A stretch of 64,000 nucleotides of DNA, taken from assembly GCA_963809805.1 (NCBI GenBank), contig CAWELB010000007.1, forward strand, positions 458,837 to 522,836, written 5' to 3'. Numbering within the stretch: the stretch's first letter is position 1; every line of letters starts with the position of its first letter. Position numbers and translations under genes: made by a program. Source of the stretch: an uncultured Chloroflexia bacterium (lineage in GTDB: Bacteria > Chloroflexota > Anaerolineae > Anaerolineales > UBA4823). The notes under the pieces were generated by a model, which saw only the letters and a program-made list of their open reading frames with translations, searched no databases and was not told the origin of the DNA. Positions 54,301 to 63,488 of this stretch are shown piece after piece.

Positions 54301-57300
54301 GCACGCAATAACTTGAACGGATAGAGTAGTGCTGAGAGAACCTGCAAGGTATTTTTGAATGCCTGAGAATTATAGTTTTGCTTCCCCAGCCAGGTCTGGA
54401 CGGAAATATTTGCTTGATGATAGGAACGCTCAATCAGTGACCAGCTGGAATATCGCCCGGCTAATGCCATAACCGCTTCTCGGCTTTCTCCGGCGAAGGT
54501 CAGATATGCCAGCTCAGCGCTTTCGTGCGGGTTTAGTTTGACTTCCTGGCCAAGTGAAAAGATTGGGTCAAGTGTCGCCCCAGTTGTTCCCGTGAGGTAC
54601 TCCTCAGAATTGAGCGCGGCTGGGTTGTTGAGAGTACCGCCTCGACCCACAAATCGATTGCGATCCGCTTCATGACGTGCCGTTGGCTGGTTATCTTGAG
54701 ATTCCGCTTTATGATCGACCACCAGCATATGACCCAGAAAGATGGGCTTTTCGTCGCTGGAACGGAGTCTCCGAGAGAAAATTTGTAAATTAAGCTCAGG
54801 TACAAATTCGCTCTCGATAAACAGCTTATTGTAAGCTGGGTGGCGCCGGTCTGCAGCCTGTTGTGTGAGGATCACTTCCCCGTAAGAAGTCAGGCGCAGG
54901 TGGCGCACTTGGCTGTCTGTATTGTGCAAATGGATGCGCCGGATCTCCACTGGGTCATCAGGGCACACCGTGATTTCCATGGTGGATGCGATATCATTAT
55001 CTGTGCGGTGGAAAACCGCCATGTGGGCAAAGAAAGTCACCTGCATATTCTCTGCTTGGGTGGGGATGGGCAGATATCCTGTCGACCATAGCTTTCCAGT
55101 GGACGGTTTCCCAAGGTTGGTGAGATTCATGTCCTGGATATAGATCCAGGTCCCCCAAGGGTCGAGCACCCCATCAGCCTGCCAGCGCGTCAGGTCTATA
55201 TCGCGCCAGGTGCTGTACCCACCTCCCATATTGGAAATCAAAACACCATAATTGCCATTTGACAGGAGATTCACCTGTGGGATCGCCGTCTCAACCGGCA
55301 CACTCCAGGGAACTATTTCGATTGGGGCAACTGATGACCGCAGTATTCCTTTTATATCCGTTGCATACGGATTTTGTAGGGGAGCTGCCTGTGGGATCTG
55401 CTCTTGTAAAAGCAGCTCGACACTCTGGATGCGTGGATCAGTGTGCATCCGGCGCACCATTTTGTCTTTATAAAAATAATTTACCAGAGCCATTAAGATC
55501 ATGCCCTGGTGATGGGCCATATACTCACGCACTATAGAAGAAGTTTCACCCACCAGCAATCGGTCTGCGGTGAAATCAATCGACTCATACAGGCCATATA
55601 ATCCGAAGACGTTAAGCTCCATCAGGCTTTCCAGATTTTGGGCAACGGTTTGAGGGTTGTAATTAATGGCCATGAGCGAGGCATAAGGCGCAACTACCAA
55701 ATCGTCTCCCAATCCGCGTTTAAAGCCCAGCCCTGGAACCCCGAATGCGCGATATTGGTAATTTTGATTGGCGTCAAACAGGTAAAAGCCAGATTCGGAG
55801 ATACCCCACGGCACACCTTTAGTCTTTCCATATTCGATTTGATGTAAGACTGCTCCCTGTGCGCTATCTGCCAACAATGTGCCTGGGTAGGAGCGCAGGA
55901 AAAGCGTCGGCATCAGGTATTCAAACATGGTCGCACCCCATGAAAGCAAGACGTACATCCCTTCTACCCGGGTTAACGGCCTGCTTAATTGCATCCAGTG
56001 AGATTGCGGGACATCTCCCTTTGCCAGGGCAATGATGGAAGCGATCCGTGCTTCAGAGGCCAGTAGATCGTAATAATTATTGTCGAGCTGACCCGTGTCA
56101 AGGTTAAAACCAAGGTGGAAAACGCGCCGCTGTGAGGAATAAAGGAACCCAAAATCCATCTCCATCACAAACCGCTCAGCGCGAGCTGCACTTTGAGTGT
56201 ATTCATTCAGCAGGGCATCAGCATTGTCTGCGGCCTGTTTCAAAGCCTGGTCCATTGCATCCAGCCATTCCAACGCTTCATGTTCCTGGCTAGATTCAGA
56301 AACAGATGTAGGTTGAGTTTCCTTTAGAAGATCGCGTAATGCGCCTGTGCTGGTTAAGTCAGCAGTGGCGTAGGTGCGAACCTGACCCAGGCGTGGATTG
56401 TAAGGTAAATTTTCTCTTAATGTGCTCAACCCTGGTAAAAAACGAGACTCATTGAAAAGCACAGGCAACTGCTCTAGCAAGTGAATCCAGGGTACCATTT
56501 CGGTAAGCGTTCGCTGTATGGCCTGATGGTGGCGTTCTACCTGGGCTGCAACTTCTTGTAGCTTGCGTAGGGCTTCCAAATCGAAAGCTGCACTACCCAC
56601 CTCAATCAGCTCAATCAGGCGTTTTGAGAGATCCGGCCAAAATAGTCCATTTACTGTCTGAAAGAGTGCAAACCAACGCGTGGGTTCCATCCGTACAGCC
56701 AGGATTTTTTCCTTCATCTCGGCAATTTTTTGATCGATTTCCTGTACCAGGCTGTTATATTCAGCCTTTCGCATTCCCGACAATATCTCAGTCAGATTGG
56801 AAAGGGTATCCAGGTAACCCTGCCATAGATCCCAACGAAATATCCGTTCTGTTGGCATGTTCTTACATGCCTGGGCAGTTACCACCAGGCTGGCAGCCAG
56901 GTTGCCGCTGTCTACAGTAGAAATGTAGCGTGGCTTGAGCGGCTGTAGGGTCAGCGTATCATACCAATTTAAGAAGTGACCGCGGAAGCGCTCCAGCTGT
57001 TCCAGGGTGTCCATTGTGATGCTCAGGCGGGTCGCCAGCCCGAGTTGATCCAGGTAGCCAAGGTCGTAAGCAGCCAGTGTGGAGGTCAGTAGCAATCCAA
57101 TATTGGTAGGTGAGGTGTGATGAGCGATTATCCCAACGGGTGCTTCCTGGAAGTGATCGGGTGGCAGCCAATGGTCTTCAGGACCAACGAAGCGCTCAAA
57201 GAAGCCCCAGGTACGCCGGGCAACCTGTCGAAACAGGATGGTTTGATCCTTGGTCAACGGTTTCGTACGCTGCTTGATCGGCCGATCGATCCATTGGGCG

Positions 57301-60257
57301 ATTAACGGTGAGAACATCCAAATCAACAGCAAGGGCATGCCGAAGGCTAAGGCGGGTGACAATCCATGTCCTGCAATGCCATAAACCAGCTGGATTCCAC
57401 CGGCCAAAATCATCACGATAAGCGTCGATGCGATCATCCTCAGCCAGGCCGTATTCCGGTAGACCTGTAAGCCAAACAGGCGCGCAGTTTGGGCAGCAGT
57501 AGTCCACTGTAATAGGTTGCGGTGGCTGATGAAAAGGCGGTAGAGCGTGGTCAGGATGGCGTCCAGGGCGTTATACGCCTCGTAGGGTAGGAAAGCTACT
57601 GCTAATGCCCAGCGCACGAAAGACCATCTCATAGGATGAAATGCTGCGCCGAAATTCTCGCCTCCCAGGGTTTGTATAGCACTCCTTGCGAGACCTGTCA
57701 GTACCGCAGTGCCCAACGAAAGCAGGACAATTGCCATCCAGAGCCCGATGAGATCAGGCATGGAAATTGTGCCAAAAAAGAAGATAAACAGTAGGGAAGG
57801 AGCAAGCATTGCCCGCAGCAGGTTATCAATCATTTTCCAACGATCAATACCTGTGAATTTAATCCGGAATTTCCCTGGATGTAGCAGCCAGGGAAGGAGC
57901 TGCCAGTCTCCGCGGTTCCAGCGCTGTTGGCGTTTGACCTGCACGATATAGTTCGATGGGTAATCCTCGACCATGGTGATATCAGTGACCAGACCGGCGC
58001 GGCCCAAGATTCCTTCCAATAGATCGTGGCTGAGCACAGTGTTCTCGGGAATATGTCTGTCCACGCTGCGTTCGAAGGTGTCTACCTCGTAAATTCCTTT
58101 GCCAACGTAGCTTCCCTCACCGAACAGGTCTTGGTAAGCATCGGAGACTGCCCGTGTATACAAATCCAGCCCGGTATCTCCAGCAAAAATTCGGGTAAAC
58201 CACGAATAATTAGCGCTTCTGGGATGAATCTCCATGCGGGGCTGTAATATGGTGTAGCCGGAATATACATGGCCGGTCGTGTCATTGAACCTGGCGTGGT
58301 TCAATGGATGGGCCAGTGTACCAACCAGGCGCCTGGCTGCACCGCGTGGTAGGATGGTGTCTGCATCCAGGGTGATTACGTATCGCACACATTGTAATTC
58401 TGCACTGCCCGCTCTCTCTCCAGTGACGGTTGAAAACGATGTGTCCATACTGCCCCGCAGCAGCTTGTTCAATTCATGCAGTTTGCCGCGTTTACGTTCC
58501 CATCCCATCCACCTGCCTTCAGATTGGTTCCATAAACGTTTGCGGTGGAGCAAATAAAACAATTTATCACCTTCGACGATGGGTGGTTGCATTCGTTCAT
58601 CAGATTCAAGGCTCCCGGCCTCCACCAGCTGAGAAACGCTGCTGTCAGTGGTCGTGTCACAGTCAGGGATCGAACGGCTGTATTTGGCGTTCAATTTCTC
58701 GATCTCTGCTGTGGCGTACTGTATCATTTCTTCATCTTCGGGTAATGTTTCGCTGTCAGCATCAGCGAAATCTGTCAGTAAAGCAAAAAGCAGACCCCGG
58801 TCTGTATTGCGCAGATAAGTCATTTCGATCTGGCGCGTCAGGCTGTCAATCTCTCTTTGATTGGTGATTAAGGCAGGGATGACTACCAGCGTACGGAACG
58901 GGGCTGGAATCCCATCTATGAAATTCAGCTTGGGAAGGATGCGCGGTTTTTTCCTCAATGTGATCAACCAATTGACCAGGCTGCCGGAGACCGTCAAAAT
59001 GGGAGCCAACAATGCAATCGCCAGCACGAGCATCGAGATCCACTGATATGGCGATCCTGACTGAAATATCTCCCGCAGATCGCTTACAAGTGAGATAAGC
59101 CCTAGGATTAGTAAGCTAAGGAAAAAGATGCTTCCAAGGTATAAGGCACTGACATGCCCCAACCCCCACCGTTTGAGGGTTGTTTTCACATCCGGATGAT
59201 AGCCAATCTTCACTTCCAATAAAGACCGGCTTTTCCCAAATAAATATTCGCCTACGTGTGGAACCGGATCCTCGAGAGCACTTTCAAGTCCAGCTGTGCC
59301 CGGAGCCATTCCAGCCGATTTGGTTTCACCTGTGGCCCTTTCTTGGGCCAGTTCGACTGTAATTTTTGCCAGCTCATTTTCTTCTTGCCCGCTTGCAAAC
59401 GAGAGCAATTCGATCTCTTTTCGGTATAGATCGCGGGTTTTAAAATCCATCAATGGATATATTCCAGCCGGGTCTTGGCGCAGCGTCCGTTCCAGGCTGC
59501 TTACTGCCTCAAAAAAGTCGTTCCAGTTTTGTTCAGTGATGGTACGTAAGCTGATGATGATATTAGCCACGATGCCACTGGCTAACGTGTCAACCGTCGC
59601 AGTTTGATCTTTTATAAATGGATTGCCAGTCTCTACAAGCTGTGGTGGGAAGATAGGTAAGTTCGGTGAAGTTTGAGGATGGATTAACCATTCGAGTGTG
59701 TGTGCCAGGGTCTCTATCAGGCAGTAGCGCAGGAAAATTGGCAGCGCCCATAATTCACCCATTGTCAGAGGCACTTGTTCCTGGACCAGGATCAGGATGG
59801 CTTGAAGGTCCATCACATTCAACAAATAATTCTGGAAGAAAAGCATGCCCCGCCCAATTGCATAAATGCGTGGTAGGCCTTTCAATGCTCCTCCTGCCAG
59901 TTTAGGCAGCTGTTTATTAAATCCAGCGGGCAAATCTTCACCGATTTGCCGGAGGGCTTGCCGGATGATGTAGTAATTGTCCAGCACCCATTCTGAGGCA
60001 AGAGTAAGCGTCAGGTCCTTAGTCGAAGCCTCCCGGAAGTAGGCATGTGCCTTTTCCAGCCAGTCTTCAAACACCTTGAGCTCGCTCCCCCCGATAATGG
60101 TCCTCTTCCCCCACTCCTTGGGAAACCGGCTAATTTCCTGATAATTACTTACCAGAAAATCGACCAGCGCCTGCATTTGTTCAGTTTTTGACAAAGATGA
60201 ATTTCCCGAGACAGGAAAGCCCTGTTCATGGATTATATTTTCGTGATCTTCCGGCAT
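51363..60257 (-). CDS. cgs: cyclic beta-1,2-glucan synthase-like giant protein (N-terminal membrane GT domain + C-terminal GH94 glucan phosphorylase domain)
   Basis: 2964-aa single ORF. N-terminal WVLDNYYIIRQALRQI. TM clusters flank a GT2/GT84-like domain (ITLDADTILP = DxD; RQQRWNRGDWQ = QxxRW). The C-terminal third carries GH94-type motifs (GTGDWNDGLN, WTWYTGSAAWMY). Confidence 0.85.
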   Translation of the reverse strand: MPEDHENIIHEQGFPVSGNSSLSKTEQMQALVDFLVSNYQEISRFPKEWGKRTIIGGSELKVFEDWLEKAHAYFREASTKDLTLTLASEWVLDNYYIIRQALRQIGEDLPAGFNKQLPKLAGGALKGLPRIYAIGRGMLFFQNYLLNVMDLQAILILVQEQVPLTMGELWALPIFLRYCLIETLAHTLEWLIHPQTSPNLPIFPPQLVETGNPFIKDQTATVDTLASGIVANIIISLRTITEQNWNDFFEAVSSLERTLRQDPAGIYPLMDFKTRDLYRKEIELLSFASGQEENELAKITVELAQERATGETKSAGMAPGTAGLESALEDPVPHVGEYLFGKSRSLLEVKIGYHPDVKTTLKRWGLGHVSALYLGSIFFLSLLILGLISLVSDLREIFQSGSPYQWISMLVLAIALLAPILTVSGSLVNWLITLRKKPRILPKLNFIDGIPAPFRTLVVIPALITNQREIDSLTRQIEMTYLRNTDRGLLFALLTDFADADSETLPEDEEMIQYATAEIEKLNAKYSRSIPDCDTTTDSSVSQLVEAGSLESDERMQPPIVEGDKLFYLLHRKRLWNQSEGRWMGWERKRGKLHELNKLLRGSMDTSFSTVTGERAGSAELQCVRYVITLDADTILPRGAARRLVGTLAHPLNHARFNDTTGHVYSGYTILQPRMEIHPRSANYSWFTRIFAGDTGLDLYTRAVSDAYQDLFGEGSYVGKGIYEVDTFERSVDRHIPENTVLSHDLLEGILGRAGLVTDITMVEDYPSNYIVQVKRQQRWNRGDWQLLPWLLHPGKFRIKFTGIDRWKMIDNLLRAMLAPSLLFIFFFGTISMPDLIGLWMAIVLLSLGTAVLTGLARSAIQTLGGENFGAAFHPMRWSFVRWALAVAFLPYEAYNALDAILTTLYRLFISHRNLLQWTTAAQTARLFGLQVYRNTAWLRMIASTLIVMILAGGIQLVYGIAGHGLSPALAFGMPLLLIWMFSPLIAQWIDRPIKQRTKPLTKDQTILFRQVARRTWGFFERFVGPEDHWLPPDHFQEAPVGIIAHHTSPTNIGLLLTSTLAAYDLGYLDQLGLATRLSITMDTLEQLERFRGHFLNWYDTLTLQPLKPRYISTVDSGNLAASLVVTAQACKNMPTERIFRWDLWQGYLDTLSNLTEILSGMRKAEYNSLVQEIDQKIAEMKEKILAVRMEPTRWFALFQTVNGLFWPDLSKRLIELIEVGSAAFDLEALRKLQEVAAQVERHHQAIQRTLTEMVPWIHLLEQLPVLFNESRFLPGLSTLRENLPYNPRLGQVRTYATADLTSTGALRDLLKETQPTSVSESSQEHEALEWLDAMDQALKQAADNADALLNEYTQSAARAERFVMEMDFGFLYSSQRRVFHLGFNLDTGQLDNNYYDLLASEARIASIIALAKGDVPQSHWMQLSRPLTRVEGMYVLLSWGATMFEYLMPTLFLRSYPGTLLADSAQGAVLHQIEYGKTKGVPWGISESGFYLFDANQNYQYRAFGVPGLGFKRGLGDDLVVAPYASLMAINYNPQTVAQNLESLMELNVFGLYGLYESIDFTADRLLVGETSSIVREYMAHHQGMILMALVNYFYKDKMVRRMHTDPRIQSVELLLQEQIPQAAPLQNPYATDIKGILRSSVAPIEIVPWSVPVETAIPQVNLLSNGNYGVLISNMGGGYSTWRDIDLTRWQADGVLDPWGTWIYIQDMNLTNLGKPSTGKLWSTGYLPIPTQAENMQVTFFAHMAVFHRTDNDIASTMEITVCPDDPVEIRRIHLHNTDSQVRHLRLTSYGEVILTQQAADRRHPAYNKLFIESEFVPELNLQIFSRRLRSSDEKPIFLGHMLVVDHKAESQDNQPTARHEADRNRFVGRGGTLNNPAALNSEEYLTGTTGATLDPIFSLGQEVKLNPHESAELAYLTFAGESREAVMALAGRYSSWSLIERSYHQANISVQTWLGKQNYNSQAFKNTLQVLSALLYPFKLLRASPETIASNRLGQSGLWRFGISGDYPILLVEIRESKQIDLIREVLQVHEFLRSRRMMVDIVILNYQQTDYGAELNGMLYRLVNRLNSEQWLNKRGGIFILYADQITPEENTLLQTAGCILFKGDRGSMNDQIPAYTIQAAHLPEFIPTRSPESTVVPNEEDPLPAAGPLQFYNGYGGFSADGHEYIIELSPGRLTPAPWVNVIGYPYFGFMVSESGSQCTWAVNSGENRLTPWSNDPVRDPTGEALYLRDEETGDVWTPTPLPAGADQPYRVTHGAGYTIFEHNSHGLRQRLTLFASPEDPVKIIHLRVENTWNHNRRITATQYVEWVLGTTHAASLPYIIPEYDAAEFCLLATNPYNHEFGERTAFLIANKPVHGLTTDRTEFLGRGGTLEYPAALHRIGLETRLSPSEDLCAVLQLHLDLLPGGVEEIYFVLGQGNNKGHALELAKKYHDSAYVGAALERTRALWNHLLNTIQVHTPEPASDLILNHWMLYQSLSCRIWGRSAFYQPSGAFGFRDQLQDVLALLAIDPAISRGQILNAAQFQFTEGDVMHWWHPPSGRGVRTRISDDLLWLPYVTALYLEATGDVSILEEKIPFLEAPPLNEDEKERYNEYPQTKEAYPLIEHCHRAIKKGATSGMHGLPLIGTGDWNDGLNRVGIEGKGESVWLAWFLCDILERFARICDQRGDGEIAEYYRSRSKEYAAAVEQTAWDGAWYRRAYYDDGFPLGSNQELECQIDGIAQSWAVLSGAGDPIRSQQAMESVLERLVLPQERLMLLFTPPFDKTEHDPGYIKGYLQGIRENGGQYTHAAIWTAWAFAQLGDGKRAGEQFDLLNPIFHSETEEKAAEYRVEPYVICADIYSKPPYTHRGGWTWYTGSAAWMYRFGLTALLGFKKTGDILHIDPVIPPSWDGFEISYQFGATSYQIKVTNPTHIAHNVQLVKLDGNILDPQAIPLVNDGKIHMVEVMMGDQGESLKEKPQK

Positions 60258-60259
60258 GC

Positions 60260-61285
60260 TTAGCGTCTCCCGGATTTTTCTGCCGCAACCTCCGCCGCGC
60301 TTGGTCTCACTTGAGAACGCGGTACATCCTGAATGACCAGGAGGGGTTTGGTGCCATGCTCAATGTAATTCCATGTAACGGTTCCGTAAGGCCAGGTGAC
60401 CTGCCCGGAATAACCATGCGCGCAAAGGATTACCAGATCGATAGCTTCCTGCTCTGCTAATTCATGGAGTGCGGAAGGTACACTGCCACTCTCCACCACA
60501 CAGGTATCACAATCTACCGGCAAACGCTCTTTCATTTCATAAAGGTATCGTTCAACAGCCTGGTGGCTGAGTCGTAATAGTTTTTCTGTAAGTTGGCTAA
60601 TTTCGATCGGGTAGGGTTCCGGTATAGGCAATTCGGGTGGTCGAATCACTGCCGCTAGGAAGAGTGTCGATTTGTTGCCCGCCGCTTCCGGTGTGCTATC
60701 GGTAGGCATTTCACCTCGCGTCAGCTCAATCCCGGCAGAGAGGGAACACTCGGCGCGACGTGAGCTGTCAATCGGTAGTAGAATTCGGCGATATCGTTTG
60801 ATGGTTTCATCGATGATGGTTTGGTCGTAGGCGCGCACGAGCAGGACCGGCAGATAAATTAAGTTGATCACTTTTTGAGTGACACTGCTGATATTCCAAC
60901 GACTCAATCCGCTCGAGCCATGTGTACTGATGACGAGAAGGTCGATATTCTCGGTATGTGCAAAGTCGACGATATTTTCCGCAGCTTTTCCTTCGCGGAC
61001 GGAATAATCGACACGGCTCTTTTCTCCTTCACCCAGCACGAGATTTTCCCCTAGATTTTCTCTGACTCTGTCCGCGATGCTTTGCATATATGCATCAGCC
61101 TCAGCCTTGTGAAGTTGCCAGCGTAGTGGATCAACAGCAGCAGGGTTTTCGTGATAAGAAATAGGCTCAAGAACCCGTAATAAATGGATGCTAGCTCCAA
61201 AGATTCGAGCGAACAGCTCAGCATGAGGAATCGTTACTTCAGCGAGCGGTGAGCCATCCAATGGCACCAGGATTCGGGTAAACAT
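60260..61285 (-). CDS. universal stress protein, tandem UspA domains
   Basis: Start moved to the ATG at 61285 (MFTRILVPLDGSPLAE) with an AGGAGTG SD. A second Usp repeat (RRILLPIDSS...VILCAHGYSG). Its stop is 2 nt from the cgs-like start codon. Confidence 0.8.
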   Translation of the reverse strand: MFTRILVPLDGSPLAEVTIPHAELFARIFGASIHLLRVLEPISYHENPAAVDPLRWQLHKAEADAYMQSIADRVRENLGENLVLGEGEKSRVDYSVREGKAAENIVDFAHTENIDLLVISTHGSSGLSRWNISSVTQKVINLIYLPVLLVRAYDQTIIDETIKRYRRILLPIDSSRRAECSLSAGIELTRGEMPTDSTPEAAGNKSTLFLAAVIRPPELPIPEPYPIEISQLTEKLLRLSHQAVERYLYEMKERLPVDCDTCVVESGSVPSALHELAEQEAIDLVILCAHGYSGQVTWPYGTVTWNYIEHGTKPLLVIQDVPRSQVRPSAAEVAAEKSGRR

Positions 61286-61744
61286 GAGATCACTCCTTCC
61301 TGTCAAGAAAACTTAAAAAGGGAGCCGTAATTGTTCGATGATTGCTCCCTGATGCGCACGAATGAGCATCGTTTGAGCTCGCCTAACATCGGTAATAGGC
61401 TGCAGCGCCATAAAGAAAATCACCTGAACAAAACTTGTGACGGGGTTAGCTGTATGAACCCAAAAATCGGTGACCGGGCTGGAAGGTAAAACAACGATTT
61501 TGGTAGCGCCGCTATAACCCCGAGAGTTTCTCCCCAGAAGGCCCAAGATTCCCTGTGTTCGCCATCTGACTGGACCAAAGCCGACGTGATCAGCGAAGAG
61601 AGATAAATTATTCCGACCAACCCCCATTGTATCAGCAATGCCGCCATCAGCGCCGCGTGGATTGAAAATCCGACCTGGCAGCCTGGCTGGGGAACAAACC
61701 CGGTGCTCAAGCTACCTTGAGAACGCGGGTGAGAAACGAGTCGG

Positions 61745-61858
61745 CTATTTGTGGACCGGGCTGGTTTTACCCGCCTCTTGCTTCAGCCGCCGTACGTGTG
61801 TGCGCTGTCCTTTGGATAGTCGTTTAACCTTTGTGGTCTTACTTTTTTTGTCTGCCAT
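61745..61858 (-). CDS. 37-aa highly basic peptide (hypothetical)
   Basis: ATG at 61858. Translation MADKKSKTTKVKRLSKGQRTHVRRLKQEAGKTSPVHK. Lies 47 nt downstream of the radical SAM gene. Below the track cutoff, with a weak SD. Confidence 0.3.
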   Translation of the reverse strand: MADKKSKTTKVKRLSKGQRTHVRRLKQEAGKTSPVHK

Positions 61859-61905
61859 AGATTTTATTCTTCTTTCACGAACCATCGATTAATCTCAGTA
61901 GATGC

Positions 61906-63384
61906 TCATCCTACGTGGAGCTCCACCACCTGGCGGAAGTGGAAGCCCATGATCGCCAGAGTGATGGCTAATGGGAACAGGCGGGGGTGGTGGAATAGCG
62001 TCCAGAAAAACAGCTTCCAATACTGGACGCGCTCAACCCCGCGGATGCCTAATTGGTAAATCGAGCGACCAAAAGCCAGGATGTACTGTAAATTCAGCTG
62101 AAACTGGATCTGAGGCGGATGGTACTCACGCAGGAAGGTTACAACCCGCTCGTAATATGCCTTGGGGGCATAAATTTGCGCCAGGAGCTTGCGATACCCC
62201 TCCCGCAGGGGTTCGAGCCCCATCCTGGGGATGATATTGGTCGAGCCATCCACGTTATCGCCAGACATATCATTGGTCAAGCGACCTTCTCTTTGCAAGC
62301 GCTCATACAACTTTGTCCCGGGAGGGGCTTGCAGCAAGCCAACCATGGCGGTTACAATTCCGCTCTTTTGGATAAAATCGATCTGCTGTTGGAAGATGGA
62401 TGGAGGATCGTTGTCAAAGCCGACAATGAAGCCTCCTTGCACCTGAAGACCGGCGCGTTGCAGCTGCTTGACGCTTTCAACCAAATCGCGGCCTTTGTTT
62501 TGATTCTTGCTGCATTCGGTCAGGCTGCCTTCGTTGGGCGTCTCGATGCCGACGAACACCATGTTGAACCCGGCCTGCGTCATCAGGCTGAGCAGCTCGG
62601 GGTCGTCAACCAGGTTGATGGAGACCTCTGTGTTGAAGGGCACACCGGACTTACCTTTGCGCCATTCGATCAAGGCTGGCAGGATTTCAGACTTGATCTG
62701 CTTTTTGTTGCCGATGAAGTTATCATCCACGAAGAAGATGCTGCTGCGCCAGCCCAAGGCGTACAGGCTATCCAGCTCTGCGATGATCTGCGCAGCGGTC
62801 TTGGTGCGCGGGCGATGCCCGAGCAGGGCGGTCACATTGCAAAAGTCACAGCTGTAAGGGCAGCCGCGTGAGAACTGGATACTGAAGGTGTCGTAGTGCT
62901 TGAAATTGACCAGCTGCCAAAGTGGCGCAGGGGTTTGGCGGATATCAGCGTACTCGGTAGTGGAATACACCCGTTGGGCGGTGCCGTTAGCCAGATCTGT
63001 CAGGAATAATGGCAGGGTGAGCTCAGCTTCGTTGAGCACGAAATGGTCAACATCGGGGAACTGGTCATGTTCCATGGTGAAGAGCGGCCCACCTGCCACC
63101 ACTTTCTTGCCAGCTTCCTTGCAGCGGGCGATCGCAGCATGGGCGGCATCCCGCTGAACGATCATGGCGCTGATGAAGACGTAATCCGCCCATGCCAGGT
63201 CTTTGGGTGTCAGGCTGGTCGCATTGAGGTCCACCAGCCGCTTTTCCCACTCCGCAGGCAGCAGGGCTGCTACGGTTAACAAACCCAAGGGGGGAGAACC
63301 GGCTTTTTTACGGATGAAGCGCAGGGCGTGCTTGAAACTCCAGAAGGTGTCGGGGAACTCGGGGTAAACCAGTAAGATTCGCAT
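61906..63384 (-). CDS. B12-binding-domain radical SAM protein (DUF4070-type C-terminus)
   Basis: N-terminal cobalamin-binding-like Rossmann region (RILLVYPEFPDTFW...), the radical SAM cluster motif FSRGCPYSCDFCNV (CxxxCxxC), and a ~120-aa C-terminal extension. Confidence 0.85.
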   Translation of the reverse strand: MRILLVYPEFPDTFWSFKHALRFIRKKAGSPPLGLLTVAALLPAEWEKRLVDLNATSLTPKDLAWADYVFISAMIVQRDAAHAAIARCKEAGKKVVAGGPLFTMEHDQFPDVDHFVLNEAELTLPLFLTDLANGTAQRVYSTTEYADIRQTPAPLWQLVNFKHYDTFSIQFSRGCPYSCDFCNVTALLGHRPRTKTAAQIIAELDSLYALGWRSSIFFVDDNFIGNKKQIKSEILPALIEWRKGKSGVPFNTEVSINLVDDPELLSLMTQAGFNMVFVGIETPNEGSLTECSKNQNKGRDLVESVKQLQRAGLQVQGGFIVGFDNDPPSIFQQQIDFIQKSGIVTAMVGLLQAPPGTKLYERLQREGRLTNDMSGDNVDGSTNIIPRMGLEPLREGYRKLLAQIYAPKAYYERVVTFLREYHPPQIQFQLNLQYILAFGRSIYQLGIRGVERVQYWKLFFWTLFHHPRLFPLAITLAIMGFHFRQVVELHVG

Positions 63385-63488
63385 GCATCTATTCCTTTAA
63401 GTTGGAGCCAGTCATGGGGAAAGAGTAAACTTAAATTATTGTAACAGCTTTAGGGGCAGGAAGGGTTAATGATAGATGTGAGCCCGGT

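Noticed and set aside
61313-61710. Two overlapping minus-strand ORFs (61313-61627 and 61420-61710) between the small basic ORF and the Usp gene
   Set aside because: Neither has a recognisable motif, a good SD or a canonical start (the second starts with TTG), and they exclude each other. I could not decide between a frameshifted gene, one real small membrane protein and non-coding sequence, so no CDS is called.
63385-63488. Possible cobalamin riboswitch upstream of the B12-binding radical SAM gene
   Set aside because: I could not find a B12-box-like element or the expected multi-stem architecture in the ~100-nt leader by eye. This would need an Infernal scan to exclude formally.
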